In this document: positions 11,788-21,090 of the stretch, one piece after another | Layout: each line of letters begins with the position of its first letter | Numbering within the stretch: the first letter of the stretch is position 1 | Source: Parvularculaceae bacterium | Lineage (GTDB): Bacteria > Pseudomonadota > Alphaproteobacteria > Caulobacterales > Parvularculaceae | NCBI GenBank assembly: GCA_028284065.1 | Contig: JANQSJ010000018.1 | Coordinates: 10,367-74,366 of the forward strand | Length of the DNA: 64,000 bases | Direction of reading: 5' to 3' | The notes under the pieces: model-generated | Seen by the model: only the letters and a program-made list of their open reading frames with translations | The model's database searches: none | Told to the model about the DNA's origin: nothing | Position numbers and translations under genes: made by a program

Positions 11788-12837
11788 ATGCGCCCACAAA
11801 TCTTTCTTGTCGCCTCGGCTCTTTTTTCCGCCTCGGGCTGCGTTGCGGCCGGCGGCGCGCCGCCCGCCGCCGCCGGGACGTTCCAGGCCGCTGAGGAGAC
11901 GCCTGTCGCGCAGTCGAATCGCGTCGTCGCGCCGCCTACTGACCCGGCTCCGCCGCCTGCGTCGGCGCTGCCGGAGGGTGAGCGGCTTTTGCGGCGGGCG
12001 GCGTTCGCCGAGGCGATGCAGGATGTCGCCGCGCGCCAGGCGGTGTTCGATGACCCGATGGAGCGCGTCACCCTCGAAGGCCGCTTCGCGCAAGGGGGCC
12101 TCGTCTTCGGCCGGACCGAACCCGGCGCCACGGTGCGGCTTGATGGGGATCCGGTCATGGTGGGCGACGAGGGCGAGTTCGTGATCGGCTTCGGCCGCGA
12201 CAGCGCCCTGTCGTCGCTGCTAGTGGTGGCGCTGCCCGACGGCGATGTTGAGCGCCGCAACCTCTCGATCGAAGACCGCAAATTCAAGATCGAGCGCATC
12301 GACGGCCTCGACCAGTCAAAGGTCTCAGGGTTCACCGAGGCCCAACTCGATAAAATCGGCGTCGATCGAGAGAAGAAGGAAGCCGCCCGTCAGGCAACGC
12401 ATCGCAAGCCGGATTTTCTCGACGGGTTCGACTGGCCCCTGCGCGGCCGGATAAGTGGGGTTTTCGGCTCTCAACGCGTCCTTAACGGCGAACCGAAGCG
12501 GCCGCATTCCGGGCTCGACATCGCCGCGCCGACGGGGACGCCGATCCGCGCGCCGGCGGCGGGGATCGTCAGGCTTGCCGAAACGGACATGTATTTTGAG
12601 GGCGGGCTTGTCCTTCTCGACCATGGCCATTGGCTCGAAAGCGCCTTTCTCCACATGTCGCGAATTGACGTTGAACCCGGACAGCGTGTGGAAAAAGGCG
12701 ACGTTATCGGCGCAGTCGGCATGACCGGGCGCGCCACCGGCCCGCATCTCCACTGGTCGGTGAAATGGGTCGGCCGCCTTGTGGACCCGCAACTGCTATT
12801 GCCGACAGAAAAACGCGCTGCCGGCGGTGGCATGTAA
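11788..12837 (+). CDS. M23-family metallopeptidase lipoprotein
   Basis: GGAGAG SD sequence. The signal peptide and lipobox read MRPQIFLVASALFSASGC. The C-terminal region carries HSGLDIAAPTGTPIRAPAAG ... GPHLHWSV, the LytM/M23 motifs. Confidence 0.88.
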   Translation: MRPQIFLVASALFSASGCVAAGGAPPAAAGTFQAAEETPVAQSNRVVAPPTDPAPPPASALPEGERLLRRAAFAEAMQDVAARQAVFDDPMERVTLEGRFAQGGLVFGRTEPGATVRLDGDPVMVGDEGEFVIGFGRDSALSSLLVVALPDGDVERRNLSIEDRKFKIERIDGLDQSKVSGFTEAQLDKIGVDREKKEAARQATHRKPDFLDGFDWPLRGRISGVFGSQRVLNGEPKRPHSGLDIAAPTGTPIRAPAAGIVRLAETDMYFEGGLVLLDHGHWLESAFLHMSRIDVEPGQRVEKGDVIGAVGMTGRATGPHLHWSVKWVGRLVDPQLLLPTEKRAAGGGM

Positions 12838-12906
12838 TTGAAACTTAATCTCATCCTTGTTAGTTATGGGGGGCGTAACTGAGAATGAGATTGGATAGCC
12901 GCCCCC

Positions 12907-13101
12907 GTGTATCTGTGCCTTTGCAACGCCATCCGCGATCGTGAATTCGCCGACGCGGCGAAAGACGCGCAGACGGTCGCCGACGTTTTCAAGCGTCGTG
13001 GGTGCCGCCCTCAGTGCGGCAAGTGCGTGCCGGACGTCGCCGCCATCATTGACGAGACGCGCGCAGACGCCGATGGCGCGACGGCAATCGCCGCTGAATA
13101 A
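12907..13101 (+). CDS. bfd: bacterioferritin-associated ferredoxin, (2Fe-2S)-binding
   Basis: 64 aa with a GTG start. The four Cys ligands lie in YLCLCNAI ... GCRPQCGKCV. The gene lies upstream of bfr. Confidence 0.8.
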   Translation: MYLCLCNAIRDREFADAAKDAQTVADVFKRRGCRPQCGKCVPDVAAIIDETRADADGATAIAAE

Positions 13102-13515
13102 TCCGCAACTCGTTCGCCCCCTCCCAAGAACACAGTCTTGCGCGGGGCAATGACGCTCAATCGGCTGTCGTTCGACGGCGGCGCCTGCGGTCATCTCTCA
13201 CCTATTTTCATCCGAGCGTAACCGACGCGCTGGCGCGGCCCGCCTGTTCCGCGTCAGCGCCAACCGCAAGACCCCGCCGGCGTTATCTCGAATTGCGGTC
13301 AAGACCCTCGGGTCCCCAAGCGGCGGAAAAGGCGCCGACGGCGACAATGTGGACGAGGCCGCCAGCGTGCGGGGCGGCCCTTGCTGCTTTTGAAAATAAT
13401 TCGCCTTCGCCATAATGCGGAAATGCCGCAGGCGAACGATAATCGCTTGCAAAAACTATCCTTGTACTGACGCCGACCGCCAGTATTCTCGCGCGCGCAA
13501 AAGCGGAGCGAGACC

Positions 13516-13995
13516 ATGAAGGGCGACCCCAAAGTCATCGAATATCTCAACAAGGCGTTGAAGCTGGAGCTGACAACGGTCAACCAGTACTTTCTGCATG
13601 CGCGGATGTTGAAGGACTGGGGGTTCGCGCGGCTCGCCAAGATCGAGTACGACGAATCGATCGATGAAATGAAGCATGCGGACGAGCTGATTTCGCGAAT
13701 ATTGTTTCTAGAAGGCCTGCCGAACGTGCAGGATCTAGACAAGGTATATATCGGCGAATCGGTAAAGGAGATCCTCGATTGCGATCTGCGCGCGGAAAAG
13801 CGCGCCCATCCGGTCTATATCGAAGCGATCGCCTATTTTGAGCAAATCAAGGATTACGTCAGCAGACAGCTGATGGAGCGTATCCTTGAGTCGGAGGAGG
13901 ATCACATTGACCACCTCGAGACGGAGCTTGGCCTGATCGCGAAGATCGGCGAGGAGCTATACATGCAAAGCCAGATCAAAAGCTGCGAGGACTAG
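13516..13995 (+). CDS. bfr: bacterioferritin
   Basis: 159 aa, starting [36 protein letters not shown], with [12 protein letters not shown]. This is canonical Bfr. Confidence 0.95.
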   Translation: MKGDPKVIEYLNKALKLELTTVNQYFLHARMLKDWGFARLAKIEYDESIDEMKHADELISRILFLEGLPNVQDLDKVYIGESVKEILDCDLRAEKRAHPVYIEAIAYFEQIKDYVSRQLMERILESEEDHIDHLETELGLIAKIGEELYMQSQIKSCED

Positions 13996-15047
13996 TCGCT
14001 GCGGCTCGAATTCTCGACTTCTTCCATCGGCCAGCGGCGATGGAACCATAGCCATTGACCCGGATGCGCTTCAATTTCCCTTCCAATGGCGTCGTTTATG
14101 AGCTGGGTAAGGCGCGCGACGTCGCGTCCTGTATGGCCGGACGCCTCGAACTCAATTGCGTCGCGCATGAAGACTTCGAACCGCGCGCCGCCCTTGCGCA
14201 CGATGGCGCTCGGAAACACCGGAACGCCGAACCTCACCGCGAGTCGCGCCGCCGCCGTAGGCGTCATGGCCCTCCGGCCGAGCAGCGTCGCCGGGATGCC
14301 GGTATTCAGCTTCTGATCGGCGAGCATCGCAATGCAGCGGCCCGACTTTAACTGCGCCATGGCGTCGCGCGCGCCATCATAGCCTTTCGGGATCATCCGC
14401 CGCGACATCACCTCGCCGCGCAAGTTGATGATGTGCCCGTCCACAAGCGGATTGTTCACCGGTCGATAGATGACTGCGTAGTCAATCTTCTCGCTGTGAA
14501 GAACGAGGGGCATCACCTCCCAGTTCGCAAAGTGGCCCGAAACGAGGATTGAGGGCAGGCCCTTTTTTCGCCGCTCCTCCGCCTCCTGACAGACTTGCAC
14601 CTTGACCCGGTCGCCGCGTTCCGGGTCGAACGCGGCAAGGTGAGGATACTCCGCCGCCGTACGGCCGAGATTCTCCCATACGTCTGCAACGGTCTCGCGA
14701 ACCTTCGTCTCTGACCATTCGGGAAACACATGGCGCATATTGTTTTCGGCGCGGCGGGAAACCGGGCGTATCATGGGGCCAAGCCGCCGCGCGACGCCGC
14801 CGGCTAGGTCGGAGGCGGCGTCCGGTCCGAGCGCCCCGAAGAGCGCGAACGCCGCTCGCGTCACGGCGTATTCAATTCGATGGCCAAGCGTCACTGGTCG
14901 GTTTGACCGCGCCGCAGGCAGGCTTACCGACTGCTGACGGTCGGCAAGTTCCGCCGCAGAACCCGCCGTTGCGGCGGATTGCGTCGCGTCGGGCCGAGCC
15001 GGCCCCGCGCCTTCTGGCCGTCCGCCTCCTGATGAAACGGCGCTCAT
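13992..15047 (-). CDS. lipid A biosynthesis lauroyl/late acyltransferase (LpxL/HtrB family)
   Basis: Track ORF 13992..15059. The ATG at 15047 overlaps the lpxK stop as ATGA. The product contains the HFANWE acyltransferase motif and ends ...[11 protein letters not shown]. The N-terminal ~50 aa are low complexity, so the start is uncertain. Confidence 0.8.
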   Translation of the reverse strand: MSAVSSGGGRPEGAGPARPDATQSAATAGSAAELADRQQSVSLPAARSNRPVTLGHRIEYAVTRAAFALFGALGPDAASDLAGGVARRLGPMIRPVSRRAENNMRHVFPEWSETKVRETVADVWENLGRTAAEYPHLAAFDPERGDRVKVQVCQEAEERRKKGLPSILVSGHFANWEVMPLVLHSEKIDYAVIYRPVNNPLVDGHIINLRGEVMSRRMIPKGYDGARDAMAQLKSGRCIAMLADQKLNTGIPATLLGRRAMTPTAAARLAVRFGVPVFPSAIVRKGGARFEVFMRDAIEFEASGHTGRDVARLTQLINDAIGREIEAHPGQWLWFHRRWPMEEVENSSRSD

Positions 15048-16051
15048 GCGTCGCGCCATCCCGGGCGACGGCTGTCTAACAGATCGGCGATGTGGGCGAT
15101 AAGGCCCCGCTCGTTCTCGATCCGCATTTCAACCTCCAGGACGACGACCAGTTCTCGTTGCGCTGGCGTCAGCCGCGCGGCGTCTTTCGAAGTAGTGATT
15201 AGCTTCGCGCCCGCGCCCGCCGCCTTTGCGCGCAGCGCCGCGAACGTCGCCTCGGAAATTGGGTGATGGTCCGGAAACGCAATGGCGTCAACCAGCGCCA
15301 CGTCAAGCGCGCGTAACGTCTCGAAGAAACGCTCCGGGCGCGCGATGCCGCAGAACGCGACATAGTGCGCATGCGCGTCTGGGCGCCCTATTGGCTCAAG
15401 TGATGCGCTTGTCAGGAAGGCGTCGCTGCGCGAGGACGCAGGCGCAGCCGATTCAGTCCTTGCTTGGCCGATTGTGACGATCGCATCGGCGCGGGCGGCG
15501 GCCCGTTCAACCGGTTCGCGCATTGGCCCCGCGGGAAAAATGGCGTGCGCCGCTTGCGGCGAGGCGTTGAGCAAAAGGATCGATACGTCCTTTTCAATGC
15601 TCGGGTTCTGATAGCCATCATCCATTATGATCGCGCGCGCGCCCTCCGCCGCAGCGAGCGCCGCCCCCGCGGGCCGATCTGCGGAGACCGCCGTCGGCCG
15701 CCGGGCGGCTAGGAGGAGCGGCTCATCGCCCACATCGTGTGCGGCGTGGGTGGGGTCGACTAGCAATGGCCCCCGCAATCGCCCGCCATAGCCGCGCGTC
15801 AAAAAAAAGATGTTCTCAATAAGCGGCGCCAGCGCATCGGCGAGGCGCAGGGCGAACGGCGTCTTGCCGACCCCGCCGACCGTCGCATTGCCGACGCAGA
15901 TGACGGGAACGGCCGCGCGCGTCGGCTTTGCGGCGAGCGTCCGCCACCGCTGACCGAGATCATAGGCTGCCGACGCCGGCGAAAGCGCCGCGCGCACCGC
16001 TTTGGCGGTCAACCCGTTTTCGGCCCAGAACCATGGTTGCTTGAAAGGCAT
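15044..16051 (-). CDS. lpxK: tetraacyldisaccharide 4'-kinase
   Basis: Track ORF 15044..16477, whose upstream part overlaps waaA and is Arg-rich. The ATG at 16051 gives MPFKQPWFWAENGL... with the P-loop VICVGNATVGGVGKTP. Confidence 0.88.
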   Translation of the reverse strand: MPFKQPWFWAENGLTAKAVRAALSPASAAYDLGQRWRTLAAKPTRAAVPVICVGNATVGGVGKTPFALRLADALAPLIENIFFLTRGYGGRLRGPLLVDPTHAAHDVGDEPLLLAARRPTAVSADRPAGAALAAAEGARAIIMDDGYQNPSIEKDVSILLLNASPQAAHAIFPAGPMREPVERAAARADAIVTIGQARTESAAPASSRSDAFLTSASLEPIGRPDAHAHYVAFCGIARPERFFETLRALDVALVDAIAFPDHHPISEATFAALRAKAAGAGAKLITTSKDAARLTPAQRELVVVLEVEMRIENERGLIAHIADLLDSRRPGWRDA

Positions 16052-16055
16052 GTCT

Positions 16056-17432
16056 TCAGGCGGCGGCGCCATCCGCATCGGGGCCGGCGATCGGAGCGTC
16101 GGGCAGGTTTTCGGCGATCGCGCCGGCGACGTTCGCCAGCACCTTTTCCGCGCTGGCTTGAGCTGATGTCTTCGCCGCCTGCGCAATAGCGGCGCGCGTC
16201 TTTGCGTCGCCAAGCAGACGCCGAATCGCGGTTGCGAGATCGCGTTCATTGCGAACGAGCGCCGCGCCGCCCCCGCTTCGCATCTCCGCATACGTCTCAT
16301 CGAAGTTAAATGTATGCGGACCATGCAGGATAGCAGCCCCCAGACGCGCAGGCTCAAGCGGATTGTGGCCGCCTTTCGGCACCAGGCTGCCGCCGACGAG
16401 CGCGACATTTGAAAGCTGGTAGAAGACCCCGAGCTCTCCGAGCGTGTCCGCGACATATACCTGCGTTTCCGGCGCAAGGTCGCGCGATTGGGAGCGACGC
16501 TGGGCCTTAAGCCTTTCCGCCTGCGCCAGGTCGGCGATTTCGGCGCCCCGCGCCGGGTGCCGCGGCGCTATTAGGGTCAGGAGATCCGGGAACTCGCGCG
16601 ACAAAAGCTTGTGCGCGGCGAGCGCGGTGCGCTCTTCTTCCGGATGGGTGCTTGCGGCCAGCCAGACAGGGCGATCGCCGACGGCTTTAAGCAGCTTCGC
16701 GCGCTCTTGTTCATCGCAAGGTAGGGGCGGGGCGGAATTCTTCAGATTGCCAAATGTCGGCGTCTCCCGCCGGGAAAGCTCCGTGAGGCGATCGGCGTTC
16801 TTGCGATCCTGCGCAATCATAAGGTCAAACGCCGACAGGAGGTACCGGATAGTCCGTGGGCGTTTTGACCAGGCTTCGTAAGAGCTTGGCGATACGCGTC
16901 CGTTCACGAGCGCCATGAAAGGCGTCCGCGCGCGCGCATTCAGGAGAAGGTTGGGCCAGAATTCAGATTCCACAAAGAGGCCGGCATCAGGGCGCCAATG
17001 GTCGAGAAAACGCGCCACATAGCCCGGGTGGTCCACTGGCGCGAATTGATGGAAAGCACTGGTCGGCAGGCGCTCCGCCATCAGCCTTGCGGAGGTTATG
17101 GTGCCGGTGGTCACGAGGAAGGCGAGGCCAGGCCGGATATCCTGAAGCCTGTCCACAAGCGGCAGGATGGAAAGAGACTCCCCGACGCTGGCGCCGTGGA
17201 TCCATACCAGTGGACCATCCGGACGCTGAAGGCTCGCCTCGCCGCGGCGCTCCGCCAGTCGGTCGGGGTCCTCTTTGCCGGCCCGCACGCGCTGGGCGAG
17301 GGCGAGCCGCGCAATGGGTCCGGAGGCCTGGCTGATGGAGCGATAGGCGCGCAGACCAAGCGGCGCCTGGCCAAGCGAGTTGCGGGGCTCCGCATCGTCC
17401 ATCCCGAGTGGCCGGTCGACGCCGTCGCTCAT
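16056..17432 (-). CDS. waaA: 3-deoxy-D-manno-octulosonic acid (Kdo) transferase
   Basis: 458 aa. It contains LVWIHGASVGE and FVESEFWPNLL, characteristic of KdtA/WaaA. The start overlaps the stop of the upstream gene as ATGA. Confidence 0.9.
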   Translation of the reverse strand: MSDGVDRPLGMDDAEPRNSLGQAPLGLRAYRSISQASGPIARLALAQRVRAGKEDPDRLAERRGEASLQRPDGPLVWIHGASVGESLSILPLVDRLQDIRPGLAFLVTTGTITSARLMAERLPTSAFHQFAPVDHPGYVARFLDHWRPDAGLFVESEFWPNLLLNARARTPFMALVNGRVSPSSYEAWSKRPRTIRYLLSAFDLMIAQDRKNADRLTELSRRETPTFGNLKNSAPPLPCDEQERAKLLKAVGDRPVWLAASTHPEEERTALAAHKLLSREFPDLLTLIAPRHPARGAEIADLAQAERLKAQRRSQSRDLAPETQVYVADTLGELGVFYQLSNVALVGGSLVPKGGHNPLEPARLGAAILHGPHTFNFDETYAEMRSGGGAALVRNERDLATAIRRLLGDAKTRAAIAQAAKTSAQASAEKVLANVAGAIAENLPDAPIAGPDADGAAA

Positions 17433-18226
17433 GACGCCGCCGCCTCGGTCGCTGCGGCTTTAGCCTCACTGGCGAACCGTCCGCCGGCGCGCCCGGTCGC
17501 TTCGGCCGCTGCATCGTCGAGCGCCGCTTTGATGCGCGCCTTCGCGTCGGCGACGTCGCTATGGCTTTCAATCGCTCCCAGCCGGACCGGCGGCGATACC
17601 ACAACGTAGACGGATGAAAATGGAAGCGCCAATTGAAACCGATCCCAGGTGCTCAGTTCGCGACGGCGCGACGCGACGCAGGCGAAGCCGAGGATTGGCG
17701 CCTCCGTCATTGCCGCAAGCCGCACAATGCCGGCCTGCACGCTCATTGCGGGGCCTCTCGGTCCGTCCGGCGTCACGCCGACCGCGTCTCCTGCGTCGAG
17801 CGCGCCGATCATCTGCGCGACCGCTGACGCGCCCTGTTTGTCCTTGTCCGCCTTCTTCTCGTTCGCCGCCGATCCGCGGATAAAGTCAACGCCAAAGCCG
17901 GCTACCGCATTGACGATGATCTCGCCGTCGCGGTGCGTCGAAACGAGCATCCGAAGACGCCGGCTCAAATGGTCCCTTACGAGAGGAGCGAGCAGAATAT
18001 TCGAATGCCAGAATGCAACGATGAATCCGCGGGGCGACGCCGCCTCCAGCGCCTTCGCATGCTCAAGGCCAATCACCTCGATGCGCGACGTGCGCTGGAC
18101 GAACCGAATGTACGCCCCGAGGAGGCGACTTGCGATCCGGGCCGCTCTTTCGCTCTTTAACGCCTTCTTGAAAATCGCTGTCGCCCTCTGATCTGCTGGG
18201 CGGGCCGAAAAACGGACCTTTAACAA
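17429..18226 (-). CDS. DUF374-domain protein (lysophospholipid-acyltransferase-like), translationally coupled to waaA
   Basis: Track ORF 17429..18304. It has no in-frame ATG near the N-terminus, so the start is either the TTG at 18226 or the GTG at 18304. The product contains FWHSNILL, STHRDGEI and VTPDGPRGP, typical of DUF374. Confidence 0.7.
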   Translation of the reverse strand: MLKVRFSARPADQRATAIFKKALKSERAARIASRLLGAYIRFVQRTSRIEVIGLEHAKALEAASPRGFIVAFWHSNILLAPLVRDHLSRRLRMLVSTHRDGEIIVNAVAGFGVDFIRGSAANEKKADKDKQGASAVAQMIGALDAGDAVGVTPDGPRGPAMSVQAGIVRLAAMTEAPILGFACVASRRRELSTWDRFQLALPFSSVYVVVSPPVRLGAIESHSDVADAKARIKAALDDAAAEATGRAGGRFASEAKAAATEAAAS

Positions 18227-18304
18227 TCGTTTGCGTCCATGCGCGGAGCGCCTACAACCCACTAAAGGGGCTGCCGCCCGTCGATTCGGTAGAAAGCTGA
18301 TCAC

Positions 18305-20101
18305 GTGACGTTCCGCAACCCCTCAGGCCCTCGCAAGGCCGGCTCCTTCCGCCTCGCGGTCCGGCTCTGGCGCGACTATCTCAGCCGTTACTGGCCCAAG
18401 CTGGCGTTGGCGCTTGTTGCGATGGCGATCTACGCCGGAACCGCGAGCGCCATTCCGGCGGGCGTCGAGGCGATCAACGCAGCGTTCACCGGCGTCGGCG
18501 AGGGGCGCGCCAAGGCGCTGGTGGACCTCGATCCGGCGGAGGTCGCGATCTGGGGGCCGGCGATCATTATCATTCTCGGCGGCGGCAATGCCTTATCGCA
18601 ATACGTTCAGGCACGGCTCACGGCGTCGGCGGCCCTAGCGGCGCTCCGCGACCTGCAGCTCGACGTCTATGCCGCGCTAACGCGAATCGACGACGCTCAA
18701 CTGCGCGCGCTCGGGTCGGGTCAGGCGGCCGCCCGCCTCACAAATGATTCAATTGTGCTGCGCGACACGCTGACCCGCGCTGCGACGGCGGTCCGCGATG
18801 TTCTCACTCTTATCGGCCTGCTCGGCGTTATGCTCTATTACGACTGGGCGCTCTTTCTCGTGGTTTTTCTCGTCTACCCAATACTCGGCTGGCCGGTCGC
18901 CTCGATCGGTCGGTACTTGCGCACCCGCTCGCGCCAAGCGCAGGAACAGGCGGGCGAGATCGCCGCGCTCGCCATGGAGACCGTTGGCGGCGGACGGCTC
19001 ATTCGCGCCTATGGGCTTGAGGAAGCTGTCGCCGGCAAAGCTGCGCGTGCGTTCGACGAGCGGCTTGGGGTGCTGCAGCGCATGGCGCGGCTGCGCGCGC
19101 TAAACGAGCCGTTTATCTTCTTCGTCGGTGCGATCGCGATGTCGATCATCGTCGCCGTCGTCGCAATGCGGATCGACGCCGGCGCACTGAACGTGTCCGA
19201 ACTCGTTTCATTTATCATCGCGCTCCTGCTCCTGTCGCAGCCGGCGCGCGGTCTGTCGACGCTGAATGCCGTGGCGCAGGAGGGGTTTGGCGCGCTGGAG
19301 CGGATGACGTCGCTCATCGACCTTGAGCCGCACGTCGTCGATCGCGCGGACGCGGCGCCATTGCGGATCGACCGCGCCGCGGTGTCGTTCCGCGACGTCA
19401 GGTTCGCTTATGTCGAGGGCGCGAACGCGCTCAACGGGTTGTCCTTCGAGGCCCGCGGCGGTGAGCGGATCGCGCTTGTCGGCGAATCCGGGGCCGGCAA
19501 GTCGACGGTCTTCAATCTCCTTTTGAGGTTCTACGATCCCGCCGGAGGAACGGTGGCGATTGACGGCCAGGACGTGCGCGCGGCGTCGATCCGCTCATTG
19601 CGCCGCGCCATCGCAATCGTCAGTCAGGAAACGACGCTGTTCGACGACACCGTCGCGGCGAATATTGGGTTTGGAAAGTTGGACGCTTCGGAGGACGAAA
19701 TCGTCGAGGCGTCGAAGGCCGCGGCGGCCGACGGATTTATCCGAGAGCTGCCGAACGGCTATGATACGCGGGTCGGCGAGGGCGGGCTCAATCTTTCCGG
19801 CGGAGAGCGTCAGCGGATCGCCATTGCGCGCGCGTTTCTCAAGGACGCCCCGATCCTGCTCCTCGATGAGGCGACGTCTGCGCTCGACGCCGAAACCGAG
19901 CGCCAGGTGCAGGACGCTCTCAATCGCCTTGCGGAGGGGCGCACGACGATTGTCATCGCCCACCGGCTGGCGACGGTGGTGGGCGCCGACCGTATCCTCC
20001 TTATGGACAAGGGCCGCGTCGTCGCCGAAGGCGCGCATGAGACGCTCCTTGAGCGGAATGACTCATATGCGCGCCTTGCGAAGCTTCAATTGAGCGCCTG
20101 A
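18305..20101 (+). CDS. msbA: ABC transporter permease/ATPase, MsbA-like lipid A exporter
   Basis: 598 aa with a GTG start. It has six N-terminal TM helices, Walker A GESGAGKST, the signature LSGGERQR and Walker B ILLLDEATS. It is divergent from the Kdo-lipid A cluster. The msbA assignment rests on this context. Confidence 0.75.
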   Translation: MTFRNPSGPRKAGSFRLAVRLWRDYLSRYWPKLALALVAMAIYAGTASAIPAGVEAINAAFTGVGEGRAKALVDLDPAEVAIWGPAIIIILGGGNALSQYVQARLTASAALAALRDLQLDVYAALTRIDDAQLRALGSGQAAARLTNDSIVLRDTLTRAATAVRDVLTLIGLLGVMLYYDWALFLVVFLVYPILGWPVASIGRYLRTRSRQAQEQAGEIAALAMETVGGGRLIRAYGLEEAVAGKAARAFDERLGVLQRMARLRALNEPFIFFVGAIAMSIIVAVVAMRIDAGALNVSELVSFIIALLLLSQPARGLSTLNAVAQEGFGALERMTSLIDLEPHVVDRADAAPLRIDRAAVSFRDVRFAYVEGANALNGLSFEARGGERIALVGESGAGKSTVFNLLLRFYDPAGGTVAIDGQDVRAASIRSLRRAIAIVSQETTLFDDTVAANIGFGKLDASEDEIVEASKAAAADGFIRELPNGYDTRVGEGGLNLSGGERQRIAIARAFLKDAPILLLDEATSALDAETERQVQDALNRLAEGRTTIVIAHRLATVVGADRILLMDKGRVVAEGAHETLLERNDSYARLAKLQLSA

Positions 20102-20122
20102 CCGGGTCTATCGGCGTCCCGT

Positions 20123-20815
20123 CTATTCGCGGTTCAGGACGCGCTCCGTCAGGAGGTCGCCGAACCAATTGGAGCGAAACCGCGCCTTGGTCGCTTCATG
20201 GTCGTAGGGACCGTCGACCCAGTCAAAGAAGGCGTCGACGTCGTCGAGGGCTATCCCGCGTTCGCCCGCAAACCGAAGATATTCCTCAAATGCGGCGTCG
20301 ATAACGCCGGTCTTGCCGAAGCGAATATGCCCGTAGCGCAACGAAAGTTGCTTTAGCGCCGCAGGCAACGGCTTGCGCGCGACAAAGAAATCATAAAGCG
20401 CCGCCATCAGGCCGACGCGGTCCGCGCCGGACTTGCAGTGCATGAGGAAGGGCTTTTCGACCTCTGCGAAAAGCCGCCGCGCGCCATGCAGAATGGCTGG
20501 CGACGGCGCCTCGCGGGAATATACCCTGAACGGAATATGATTGAGGCCCAGATTTGCGCAGGCTTCCTCCTCAAGGAAAAGAATGCCGCTTTCGCGGGGA
20601 CCCCTGAGATTGAGAACGGTCTTAACGCCGCGGTTGCGCCAAGTTGCAAGACGGCCGGGACCGGGCTGCGCGGAGCGATAGACGCCTTGCGCCACCTCGT
20701 GCGCATTGTCATAGGCGGCCCGTAAAAAGCCGTGGTCTGACAGAACGAGTTGTCGCCACGCGCGCCGGCGCCCTTGCGGCGTCTCGAATGCTTCGCGCGT
20801 CAGCGTATTCGCCAT
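20123..20815 (-). CDS. protein-tyrosine / dual-specificity phosphatase-family protein
   Basis: Track ORF 20123..20968. The ATG at 20815 gives MANTLTREAF.... The CX5R active site is HCKSGADRVG. Confidence 0.75.
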   Translation of the reverse strand: MANTLTREAFETPQGRRRAWRQLVLSDHGFLRAAYDNAHEVAQGVYRSAQPGPGRLATWRNRGVKTVLNLRGPRESGILFLEEEACANLGLNHIPFRVYSREAPSPAILHGARRLFAEVEKPFLMHCKSGADRVGLMAALYDFFVARKPLPAALKQLSLRYGHIRFGKTGVIDAAFEEYLRFAGERGIALDDVDAFFDWVDGPYDHEATKARFRSNWFGDLLTERVLNRE

Positions 20816-20825
20816 GCCGCGCCGC

Positions 20826-21065
20826 TTAGAATTTCCCGTCTCCATCGGGGTCGAGGAGTTTATGCATGTGTACGATGAAATAGCGCATATGCGCGTTGTC
20901 GACCGTCGCCTGCGCTTTCGCGCGCCACGCCTTTTCAGCCGAGGCGTAGTCGGGAAATATGCCGACAATATCGAGCGCGTTAAGGTCCTTGAATGTCACA
21001 TCCTGCGGCGTTTCAAGCTCGCCGCCGAAGACCAGATGAAGAAGCTGCTTTTCCATATCAGTCAT
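20826..21065 (-). CDS. DUF4170-family small protein
   Basis: 79 aa. It contains LHLVFGGELETPQDVTFKDL ... AKAQATVDNAHMRYFIVHMHKLLDPD, which matches my memory of DUF4170. Confidence 0.7.
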   Translation of the reverse strand: MTDMEKQLLHLVFGGELETPQDVTFKDLNALDIVGIFPDYASAEKAWRAKAQATVDNAHMRYFIVHMHKLLDPDGDGKF

Positions 21066-21090
21066 ATCCGATGGGGTGGTGGGGCTTCCG

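Noticed and set aside
13992-13995. The convergent bfr and acyltransferase genes share overlapping stop codons within ACTAGT
   Set aside because: The observation is real but trivial. It is a 4-nt convergent overlap with no evident regulatory consequence.
16052-16477. N-terminal extension of the lpxK track ORF (477 aa)
   Set aside because: The extension overlaps the 3' end of waaA in another frame and is Arg-rich. The internal ATG at 16051 gives the canonical LpxK N-terminus and a normal length of 335 aa. The same reasoning was applied to the track ORFs 52442..53335, 54694..56016, 6703..8130, 38738..40969, 37190..38929, 48927..49772 and 59126..62668.
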